Part shown: piece by piece, positions 56,329 to 64,000 of the stretch
Layout: each line of letters begins with the position of its first letter
Position numbering within the stretch: the first letter of the stretch is position 1
Origin: Aulosira sp. ZfuVER01
GTDB taxonomy: Bacteria; Cyanobacteriota; Cyanobacteriia; Cyanobacteriales; Nostocaceae
Reading direction: 5' to 3'
Length of the DNA: 64,000 bases
Assembly (NCBI GenBank): GCA_034530615.2
Contig: JAVRCV020000004.1
Coordinates: forward strand, 130,389-194,388
Notes under the pieces: generated by a model
Database searches by the model: none
What the model saw: the letters and a program-made list of their open reading frames with translations, nothing else
Told to the model about the DNA's origin: nothing
Translations under genes and position numbers: made by a program

Positions 56329-58569
56329 TTATTGAAATTTATCTGACAAAATTGTATAAGCTTCGTTAACTAGCCGCATTTTTTCTTGCGCTTGTTGTTG
56401 CAATTGTGGTTTAGCTACAAATAAATCTGGATGCCATTTTTTTACTAAAGTTTTGTAAGCCTGTTTGACTTCACTAAATGACACACCTGGTTGCAGCCCT
56501 AAAATGCTATAGGCGCGAGTAATTTTGTCTTTTTCTGCTTGGGTTTTAGGTTGCTGAGGTGCTTTGTTATTTTGGGTGGTATTTTGCTGTTTGCTAGCTT
56601 GAGAACCAGGAGAACGCATTTCTGCTTTCATTCGCGCTATTTCTTGATCTATTTCCCAATTGCGAAATTTTGCTTCTACTTCTGCTGGATTTGGAGAGGG
56701 TGAAGCCTTTGGAGGTGGTGGAGGCGGAGGTGTGCTAACGCGGTGATTAGAGGATGTTTGAGAAGTAGTAGAAGTCCGATATGTGGAAGATGCAGAAACA
56801 TTCACTTTCTCTTCTACTTTTGCGTAACTTCTTTGCTCCTTTTCTACTGGTGGGGAATATACTGTATATTTTGGTGTTTCTCGATAAGGTTGATAAGTGG
56901 TAGAAATCTTGGCTTTTGTTAACTCTTGCAGTAATTTATTAAAAGTATTTTGTAACTGTTGCAAATTTTGACGTTTATTAGCAATATCTAGTGGCTCTTG
57001 ACTACCTGTAAAACAAGTTACTTTTTTTGCTTTTTGCTCATATTCAGCTAATATTGATAATCCTTGACTGCTCAAGCGAGAAAAATAATCTTCAGTTGTG
57101 GCTATGCAAATTTTAGCAACCTGCTGATGATAAGATTCTTTAGCTGATTTTTGGTCGGAATCTTGAATATTTTTGTTTAATAAATAGGAAATACTACCAA
57201 CTACAGCCGCACCTACAGGGCCACCTAATAACCAACCTATACCACCACCAACTGCGATTGCACCAGGTTCACTTAAATCATTGCTGTTGCTTGGCTTAGG
57301 GGGTAATGTAATTTGTGGTTCGCTAGGTAAGGGAATTAATAAATCTTCCGGTCTTTCTTCTCGAAAAAATTCATAAGCTTGGTAAAGCCATTTCATCACA
57401 GAGCGTTGTAACTCGGTGAGGTCTTTTTTTAATGTATTGATTTGCCAAGTTTTAAAGTTATTCTCTGCGAGTGCGACTGTTGAATCAGTTTGATATTTTT
57501 GGAGCAGATTGGATAATTTCAACCAATTGCGTAGCTCAGTAATACTAGTCTTTAAACCTTGTTGAATTAGATTAGCAGCTTTTTGTTTGACTTCAATTTT
57601 AGCTTTTTCTTTTTCATCAAATGAGTTAACTTCGCTTAAGATCGGGTCAATTTTAGCTCTTAAATTTAATTGGATTTGAGAAGCGATCGCCAGCACTCTC
57701 GGCAACCGCACATCCCCACGATTTTGTTGTAAAATACCTACAATATTTTGCAAAGCTGCTTCAAATGCTGCCAACCCGCTACTAGTAGCCGCAGCCGCAT
57801 CACCTTTTAATCTGGCTCTCAAAGCTGGTAAAGCATCAACGCGATATAAATTACTAAACCCCGCAGGTAATTCGGCGCGAAAACTTTCCGCAACAAACAG
57901 CAGACGATTTTGTACTTGCTGTTGTTCTTCGGGTTCAAGTAAGTTAATAAAATTAGCAACAAAAATAACTGTTTTAATACCCCGATCTAATAGCCAATCA
58001 CGCAAGGTTTCACGCTCGCCTAAAGTCATTAGCTTGCGGGCATCGAGTAATTGTACTACTAAATCTGTAGATAACAGGCGATCGCGTACTAAACTATCTT
58101 GTGCTTCGCGATCGTTTGTACCTGGTAAATCTAGTAATTCTATACCTCTTTCTAAAAAAGGATGGGGACAAAAAACTTCTACAGAAGTGACATCTTGACG
58201 CATCTGTCTGTTACCATCCAGAATTGCATACTGCTGCAAAATCTCCGTTCCACTGCGATAAATTTCTGTACCATCCCTCAACATGATGCGAGTTCGCAAA
58301 TCAGTACCATACTTGACAGTAATCGCCGCGCCTGTCGTGGGAATCAAATCAATGGGTAAAGTGCGATTTCCTAATATGGCATTAAGTAGGGTAGATTTGC
58401 CATGATTAAAAGGGCCAAATACCGCAATTTGAAAGTTAGGATTAGTCAGATAATTAGAGATAGCATTTATATCTTGAGATAGTTGCGATTTACGCTCTAA
58501 ATCTAGTAAAGCAGATGCAGATTTGAGTGCATTTACTAAATCCTGATAACTTTCAGATTGTTTTTGCAT
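56329..58569 (-). CDS. dynamin-family GTPase with C-terminal DnaJ (J) domain
   Basis: GPFNHGKS (G1), PTT (G2), DLPG (G3); Gly-rich hydrophobic paddle; AYSILGL..KKWHPD..VNEAY. Confidence 0.92.
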   Translation of the reverse strand: MQKQSESYQDLVNALKSASALLDLERKSQLSQDINAISNYLTNPNFQIAVFGPFNHGKSTLLNAILGNRTLPIDLIPTTGAAITVKYGTDLRTRIMLRDGTEIYRSGTEILQQYAILDGNRQMRQDVTSVEVFCPHPFLERGIELLDLPGTNDREAQDSLVRDRLLSTDLVVQLLDARKLMTLGERETLRDWLLDRGIKTVIFVANFINLLEPEEQQQVQNRLLFVAESFRAELPAGFSNLYRVDALPALRARLKGDAAAATSSGLAAFEAALQNIVGILQQNRGDVRLPRVLAIASQIQLNLRAKIDPILSEVNSFDEKEKAKIEVKQKAANLIQQGLKTSITELRNWLKLSNLLQKYQTDSTVALAENNFKTWQINTLKKDLTELQRSVMKWLYQAYEFFREERPEDLLIPLPSEPQITLPPKPSNSNDLSEPGAIAVGGGIGWLLGGPVGAAVVGSISYLLNKNIQDSDQKSAKESYHQQVAKICIATTEDYFSRLSSQGLSILAEYEQKAKKVTCFTGSQEPLDIANKRQNLQQLQNTFNKLLQELTKAKISTTYQPYRETPKYTVYSPPVEKEQRSYAKVEEKVNVSASSTYRTSTTSQTSSNHRVSTPPPPPPPKASPSPNPAEVEAKFRNWEIDQEIARMKAEMRSPGSQASKQQNTTQNNKAPQQPKTQAEKDKITRAYSILGLQPGVSFSEVKQAYKTLVKKWHPDLFVAKPQLQQQAQEKMRLVNEAYTILSDKFQ

Positions 58570-58615
58570 AGTTTCCTTGTTTTATGCTGCGTATGCAAAT
58601 AAGTTTTATATTTAG

Positions 58616-58670
58616 AACTACAGATAAACACAGATGGACACCGATAAAATATCTGTGTTCATCTGTGTTT
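58616..58670. repeat. 10-bp-unit inverted repeat between the two dynamin genes
   Basis: ACAGATAAACACAGATGGACACCGAT..ATCTGTGTTCATCTGTGTTT. Confidence 0.7.
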
Positions 58671-58713
58671 ATTTCTTCATTTCCTAGTATCACATGAGAA
58701 GATAAATGAACTT

Positions 58714-60795
58714 TCAACTATAGTAAGCTAATAAATTACTATAGGCAGCTTCAATCTTTTTTAATTGTTCTATTACATCCTGCTGTAAATTTTTAAGGCG
58801 CTTTAACTCACTTTCCCTATTAATCTCCCGTGTAGCTTTTTGCTTCAGTAAATTATCTAATTCTGATTTGCGAGATGTAATATCGTCGTTAATCCGCTTA
58901 CTCACTTCTCTTTCATAAGAGTCAAAACACTCTTTCACTGCATCATATACAGTTTGCGATTGTTCATGAGCTAGTTGTGGCAAGTATTTTACTAACTCTT
59001 TCTTCGCTGTTTTGACTAACTCTTTACGTGCTTGATCTGCTTGGAGAAAACCTACTCCTAAACCTAGCAATGCAAACCCAATCGGCCCAAGAAAAATACC
59101 AGTTACAGCCGTAATTATGCCGCCAATGCCAATTACAGTGAAGTAGTTTAACAAAATATTTTTCCAATCAAATCCTGCACCAGCTAATGCAACACCAGCT
59201 AGGTTTCCCCGCGATAAAGATAACAATCCCATTGCCCATTTTGCCCATCCGGGAGAGTTATCATCTTCAGAAGTAGCAGCAGGATTTACTCTTACTGATT
59301 GTCCTGTTAATTTTTCGGTAATTTGGTCTGTAACTTGATTATAAGATGCGCCATACTGTGCCGCACTCAGAGAAAGTTCTCTAAAAGCCGTATTAATATC
59401 TTTTTCAGCAGTTATAGTCCAAGCCGAAAATTTATCAGTAATATATTGCTCAAATGCTTTTTGTAGTGCCGCATTAAATGCATCTCTTTTCCCATTACTG
59501 AGGAAATCAAACAAATTTAACTCTGGCTGATAGCGTAAGAAATCTGTTTCAAAGGTATCCCCTAAGTTTAAAACGTAGCTGCGAAATGATTCAGAAATCT
59601 TTCTTGCTTGGCTATCTCTGGTGTTGATAATTTCTTTTTGGAATTGATCGCGGATATTTGTAAGTTTATTAAACTCTGGTTCTACAGAATCAATTCTTTG
59701 TTTTAATTCATTAACATCTTTGTCAAGTAATGGTAAGCGTCTTTCTATAGCTTCACGAGTATGATTGCACGCTTGTCTAGCTAAGGTTCTGACTTGACGC
59801 AGTTCTGCGATCGCACGTTCTCTAGTAAGAAAAGTATTGAGCGATCCCATAAATTCTGGAAAGCCAGTCCCCGCTAAATCAGCTTGGGGATTTTTTAACC
59901 TTTTTCTGAGTGCTTGAATTGATGAAAGCTCAAATACGCGCTCATTATAAATATCCCGTCCATCTACATGACAATATTCTGCTAAATTCGCTTTGAATAC
60001 TTGCCGTAATCTGTTTTCGGCTGCATTTAACTCTTCGACATCATCAGGATCGATCAATGATTCTTTTACCTGATCCCAAGCATTGATTAAGAAGAAAACT
60101 GTTAATCCTCGACCTTTAATGTAATTTTCGAGATAGCGACGTTCACCCAAAGTACAAGGTTGTGATGCTCTCATCACAAACAAAATTGCATGGCAATTAT
60201 TTACATAACCTAAAGATAATTCGTTACGCGCTTCTGTATCATTCAATCCTGGACTATCGACAATCTCAATTCCCTTTTCTAATAATGTTAGGGGATACTC
60301 AACCACGGCATAATCGACATCAGGAAAAGCTTGTTTTTTTTCTTGTTCTAATTTTTTCGCTTCAGCTGGGTCAATAGTATACTTATATTTAAAGCTTTGA
60401 AAATCTAGCTGTTGTGGATTTTTACCATCATTAAAATGAATTGTGACTTTTTTCTCTGGGCCGTAGCGTAAAACTGTTAATACTGCGGTACAAGGATTTA
60501 CATCACTTGGTAGCAAATTTTCTCCAATTAATGCATTGAGAAACGTACTTTTACCACGCTTCATATCGCCTAAAACTAACAGGCGAAATACACCTTGCCT
60601 AAGATTTTTGCTAGCTACTGTAATATCTTCAATATCTCGTTCTAAACTCAGTTTTCCTGATGAAGATTCTCCTGCTAATTCTGCTTGATTAATTGTGTCA
60701 GCAAGTCTGCTCAAACATACTGACATCTCCGATCGCACTTGCGCCACACGTTCTAAATCGTTGATAAATCTGTCAGCCGCAACTTGATTAGTCAT
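58714..60795 (-). CDS. bacterial dynamin-like protein (orthologue of Nostoc punctiforme BDLP)
   Basis: 693 aa; GDMKRGKS, NPCT, DSPG, NAWD; paddle YFTVIGIGGIITAVTGIFLGP; near-identical to BDLP as recalled. Confidence 0.95.
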   Translation of the reverse strand: MTNQVAADRFINDLERVAQVRSEMSVCLSRLADTINQAELAGESSSGKLSLERDIEDITVASKNLRQGVFRLLVLGDMKRGKSTFLNALIGENLLPSDVNPCTAVLTVLRYGPEKKVTIHFNDGKNPQQLDFQSFKYKYTIDPAEAKKLEQEKKQAFPDVDYAVVEYPLTLLEKGIEIVDSPGLNDTEARNELSLGYVNNCHAILFVMRASQPCTLGERRYLENYIKGRGLTVFFLINAWDQVKESLIDPDDVEELNAAENRLRQVFKANLAEYCHVDGRDIYNERVFELSSIQALRKRLKNPQADLAGTGFPEFMGSLNTFLTRERAIAELRQVRTLARQACNHTREAIERRLPLLDKDVNELKQRIDSVEPEFNKLTNIRDQFQKEIINTRDSQARKISESFRSYVLNLGDTFETDFLRYQPELNLFDFLSNGKRDAFNAALQKAFEQYITDKFSAWTITAEKDINTAFRELSLSAAQYGASYNQVTDQITEKLTGQSVRVNPAATSEDDNSPGWAKWAMGLLSLSRGNLAGVALAGAGFDWKNILLNYFTVIGIGGIITAVTGIFLGPIGFALLGLGVGFLQADQARKELVKTAKKELVKYLPQLAHEQSQTVYDAVKECFDSYEREVSKRINDDITSRKSELDNLLKQKATREINRESELKRLKNLQQDVIEQLKKIEAAYSNLLAYYS

Positions 60796-60809
60796 ATTGA
60801 CACCCTAAA

Positions 60810-61130
60810 TTAAGGTTTGTTTTTAGGAGATTCCAGAAAAAGTTTGTAAGCCATCCAAGCCAGTGCTGCAAACATTACAATTCCCGCTAAAGCTGCGGCT
60901 ATTCTGACAGCAACCAGCACCGCCACACCAATCCCGAAAAGCTGCAAACCGAGAATCGCTTTTTTCATCCACGGTTGAGAGAACTTTTCTGGCTCATGCT
61001 TGACAGTTTGATGCAAAGGCGGATTGGGACGATTGATGTCACCTTCCATTTCCCGGAGTCGTAATTCTACTTCTCGTTCTCTGAGTTTACGTTCGCGCTG
61101 TTCTAAGTCTTGATTGCGATCGCCTTCCAT
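60810..61130 (-). CDS. small coiled-coil plus 2-TM protein (DUF3040-like)
   Basis: ERKLREREVELRLREME helix then two hydrophobic segments; ends 14 bp before the BDLP start. Confidence 0.8.
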   Translation of the reverse strand: MEGDRNQDLEQRERKLREREVELRLREMEGDINRPNPPLHQTVKHEPEKFSQPWMKKAILGLQLFGIGVAVLVAVRIAAALAGIVMFAALAWMAYKLFLESPKNKP

Positions 61131-61510
61131 TTGTGTCCACCCTGTCTAGGGCTATGAAATATTTTCAGTACTCATAGTTCATATTTATGTATTTTATTTT
61201 ACTAACTAATGATTTTCCTCAGTATAATTGCTACTTTAAGGTGAGCAAAATTCGTCACTTATTTTAGATTCCACCAGTTGAGCTTGTTTTTTCGGAATTC
61301 TGAGAGAATACCAGAAGATTTTTTTCACGCAGAGGCGCAGAGATAATGAGGGTTTTAAGAGTTGTAGCAACGCTGAATCATCGGTGCTTATCTGTGGTTT
61401 GATATCATCTCAATTTCCCTCAATGTTAGGGAAGATTTTTGCACAGTCCCCAATACCTACTCTGATATGTAAAATGGTCAGCGTATCTCGCTCAATGCAG
61501 GCGATCGCTC

Positions 61511-62407
61511 ATGGCCATGACAAAACGGCAAATGCCGTCATTCTTACGCTTTCCCAAAAATCCGAGTCTTTCTCAACGACTAATGTTGATTGGGATAGTC
61601 ATTACCCTGTTTTTTTTATTCCTCGCGTTCTTCGCACCCGTATTTCAAGCTTGGGGATGGCTACAAAATCCTAAAGATTTGTTAAGTAACCCAATTCACG
61701 AGCCACCTTCAGGCAAATATTGGTTTGGCACTAGTCGCTTAGGCCATGATGTCTTCTCCCGCACAATTTTTGGCGCTCAAGCTGCTTTGCAAGTTGTGAT
61801 ATTAGCAACAGCACTGAGTATGGTCATTGGTGTGCCTTTAGGTATGGTCAGCGGCTATCTTGGCGGTAAATTAGATAAGATATTGCTATTTCTCATGGAT
61901 AGCATTTATACCCTACCTGGGCTACTGCTATCAGTGACGCTGGCATTTGTGGTAGGGCGAGGGATATTAAATGCTGCGATCGCTATTAGTATTGCCTACA
62001 TTCCTCAATATTACCGAGTTGTGCGCAACCACACTGTCAGCGTAAAAACTGAGGTGTTCATTGAAGCTGCTCAAGCAATGGGCGCTTCTACTTGGGTTGT
62101 GCTATCTCGATATCTATTTTTCAACGTTATTCAAAGCGTACCTGTATTATTTACCCTCAACGCCGCCGATGCGATTTTAGTCTTAGGCGGTTTGGGATTT
62201 TTGGGTTTAGGATTGCCAGAAGAAGTTCCAGAATGGGGACATGATTTAAAACAAGCACTAGAAGCACTACCTACTGGCATTTGGTGGACTACACTTTTCC
62301 CCGGTTTAGCGATGACATTGATGGTGGTAGGGTTATCACTACTTGGTGAAGGTTTAAATGAATTTGTCAATCCTCGTTTGCGGCGACAGAATAGTATTCG
62401 GAAATAA
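61511..62407 (+). CDS. peptide/nickel ABC transporter permease (DppC/OppC-like)
   Basis: FGTSRLGHDVFSR, FIEAAQAMGAS (EAA loop), LGFLGLG..PEWG. Confidence 0.92.
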   Translation: MAMTKRQMPSFLRFPKNPSLSQRLMLIGIVITLFFLFLAFFAPVFQAWGWLQNPKDLLSNPIHEPPSGKYWFGTSRLGHDVFSRTIFGAQAALQVVILATALSMVIGVPLGMVSGYLGGKLDKILLFLMDSIYTLPGLLLSVTLAFVVGRGILNAAIAISIAYIPQYYRVVRNHTVSVKTEVFIEAAQAMGASTWVVLSRYLFFNVIQSVPVLFTLNAADAILVLGGLGFLGLGLPEEVPEWGHDLKQALEALPTGIWWTTLFPGLAMTLMVVGLSLLGEGLNEFVNPRLRRQNSIRK

Positions 62408-62465
62408 TTCAGTCAATAGTGAACATTAATTAGTACACAGACCGATCGTTGATTTGGAGATTCAG

Positions 62466-62669
62466 GTGAAAGACAATTTAACTTTAATTGCCGCCGCTAC
62501 TGGCGGGTTTATGCTTTCTGTTGCTTTATCTGGCATTTTGCGGGGAACACCAGTCACAGCTTGGCAAGGTGAATCGGGTGTGCGGCAAGCGAATGTCACC
62601 AATTTACAATTTGCAGCCAAGAAAACTGATAACTCAGAATTTTTTAGCAACAAGACGCAAAAAAGCTAA
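62466..62669 (+). CDS. small hypothetical protein with N-terminal hydrophobic segment
   Basis: GGAG RBS before GTG 62466; LIAAATGGFMLSVALSGIL. Confidence 0.6.
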   Translation: MKDNLTLIAAATGGFMLSVALSGILRGTPVTAWQGESGVRQANVTNLQFAAKKTDNSEFFSNKTQKS

Positions 62670-62760
62670 TATGCTTTTTAAAAGTAAATGGGGCATGGGG
62701 CATTGGGCATTTGTCCTCCTTGTCCCCCTTCCCTCATACCTAGCCCCTAGTCTCTAAAAA

Positions 62761-63660
62761 TTGGTGGTGAATTCTCAAGTAATTGGTATTGATTTGGGGG
62801 GAACAGCGATTAAGCTGGGGCGATTTGATCGAGATGGCAATTGCCTGCAATCTCTAACAGTAGCAACTCCCCAACCATCCACACCAGAGGCAGTGCTGGC
62901 TGTTATTGTGGATGCGATCGCTCAAGTTGATCTAGATAATGAAACTGTGGCGATTGGTGTCGGCACTCCTGGCCCTGCTGATGCCAAGGGACGGATTGCC
63001 AAAATCGCCATCAACCTGGCAGGATGGCGTAATATTCCTGTAGCAGATTGGTTAGAAGCAAAAACTGGTAAACCAACAATTGTTGGGAATGATGCTAACT
63101 GTGCAGGATTGGGCGAATCTTGGTTAGGAGCCGGCCGCTGCTTTCAAAATTTTATTATGCTAACTTTGGGCACTGGTGTCGGTGGTGCAATTTTTTTAAA
63201 TGGCAAATTGTTCATCGGACATCAAGGTGCTGCGGGAGAATTAGGTTTAATCAGCTTCAATCCGGAAGGGCCAAAGTGTAATAGTGGTAATCGTGGCTCT
63301 TTGGAACAATACACCTCAATCACAGCAATTCGTCGGCGTACTGGCAAGGAAGCCTGTGAATTAGGTGCTTTAGCCGCAGCAGGTGATATCGAAGCCTTGA
63401 ATTTTTGGCAGCAATACGGTAGAGACTTGGGTATTGGCTTAACAAGTTTAATTTATGTATTAACCCCAGAAGCGATCGTCATTGGTGGCGGTGCTAGTGC
63501 CAGCTTTGAGTTTTTCTTACCAACCATGCAAGTAGAAATTGAGCAGCGCGTTACGCCTGAATCCCGTCTGGGTTTACAAATTTTAAAGGCAGAACTAGGT
63601 AACGCAGCGGGGATGGTAGGTGCAGCAAAATTGGCATGGCAAAAACTTTTGATTTTATAA
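62761..63660 (+). CDS. ROK-family sugar kinase (glucokinase-like)
   Basis: GIDLGGT, NDANCAGLGE, TLGTGVGG, GELG, CNSGNRGSLE. Confidence 0.92.
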   Translation: MVVNSQVIGIDLGGTAIKLGRFDRDGNCLQSLTVATPQPSTPEAVLAVIVDAIAQVDLDNETVAIGVGTPGPADAKGRIAKIAINLAGWRNIPVADWLEAKTGKPTIVGNDANCAGLGESWLGAGRCFQNFIMLTLGTGVGGAIFLNGKLFIGHQGAAGELGLISFNPEGPKCNSGNRGSLEQYTSITAIRRRTGKEACELGALAAAGDIEALNFWQQYGRDLGIGLTSLIYVLTPEAIVIGGGASASFEFFLPTMQVEIEQRVTPESRLGLQILKAELGNAAGMVGAAKLAWQKLLIL

Positions 63661-63680
63661 TCATCAAATTTCCGCAATAT

Positions 63681-63982
63681 ATGAAAACAACAAAAGTATC
63701 CATGAGGGACAAGTAATTATTCCTGAAGAATTGCTAAAAGCTTCAGGCTGGGAAATCGGACAGGAATTAATAGCAATTAATATGGGTGATGGTATTCTTC
63801 TCAAACCCAAGAAACCTTTTGCAGAAAAGACCTTAAATGATGTTGCAGGCTGCTTAAAATATCAAGGCTCACCAAAATCTTTAGAATATATGAATGATGC
63901 CATCTGTCAAGGATTCACCAAAAAAGCTAGCCTTCAAGTATGTGGTTATCCCTCTTTTGTTACTTCAGGGAAAGAAAAATAG
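63681..63982 (+). pseudogene. frameshifted AbrB/MazE/SpoVT-family antitoxin
   Basis: ATG 63681 gives MKTTKVS and then stops; EGQVIIPEELL..WEIGQEL..DGILLKPK continues in another frame (one base missing near 63701). Confidence 0.72.
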
Positions 63983-64000
63983 TCAGAAATTCAACTGGCG

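Noticed and set aside
61168..61182. Possible LexA box upstream of the dynamin operon
   Set aside because: The spacer is one base longer than the RGTAC-NNN-DGTWC consensus

Overview
Mostly core chromosomal DNA from a filamentous, heterocyst-forming cyanobacterium (Nostocales-like). The HIP1 octamer GCGATCGC occurs roughly once per kb by eye, heptamer STRR arrays lie between genes, and the gene content fits. The window carries chlL-DUF5331-chlN, purSQ, zur (furB), nfeD/SPFH, a PP2C phosphatase, ftrV, rplY-purA, a CHASE3/PAS hybrid kinase, mutL, nagZ, rlpA, pds-crtB, tRNA-Ser(GCT), natB, cell-wall hydrolases, tRNA-Arg(ACG), moaC, cobW, ho1, glmM, a hormogonium polysaccharide (hpsL..hpsNOP) locus, a 1-Cys peroxiredoxin, a two-dynamin operon, an ABC permease and a ROK kinase. 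I saw no CRISPR array, prophage, rRNA or intact transposase. Best leads: (1) an operon of a small membrane protein, BDLP and a second dynamin fused to a PspA/Vipp1-like helix and a J-domain; (2) an orphan double-glycine-leader peptide; (3) a candidate minus-strand sRNA with anti-Shine-Dalgarno motifs upstream of ftrV; (4) an AT-rich acyltransferase/GT4 cassette inside the hps locus; (5) a frameshifted AbrB/MazE antitoxin. All calls come from reading motifs and recalling families; no searches were run.
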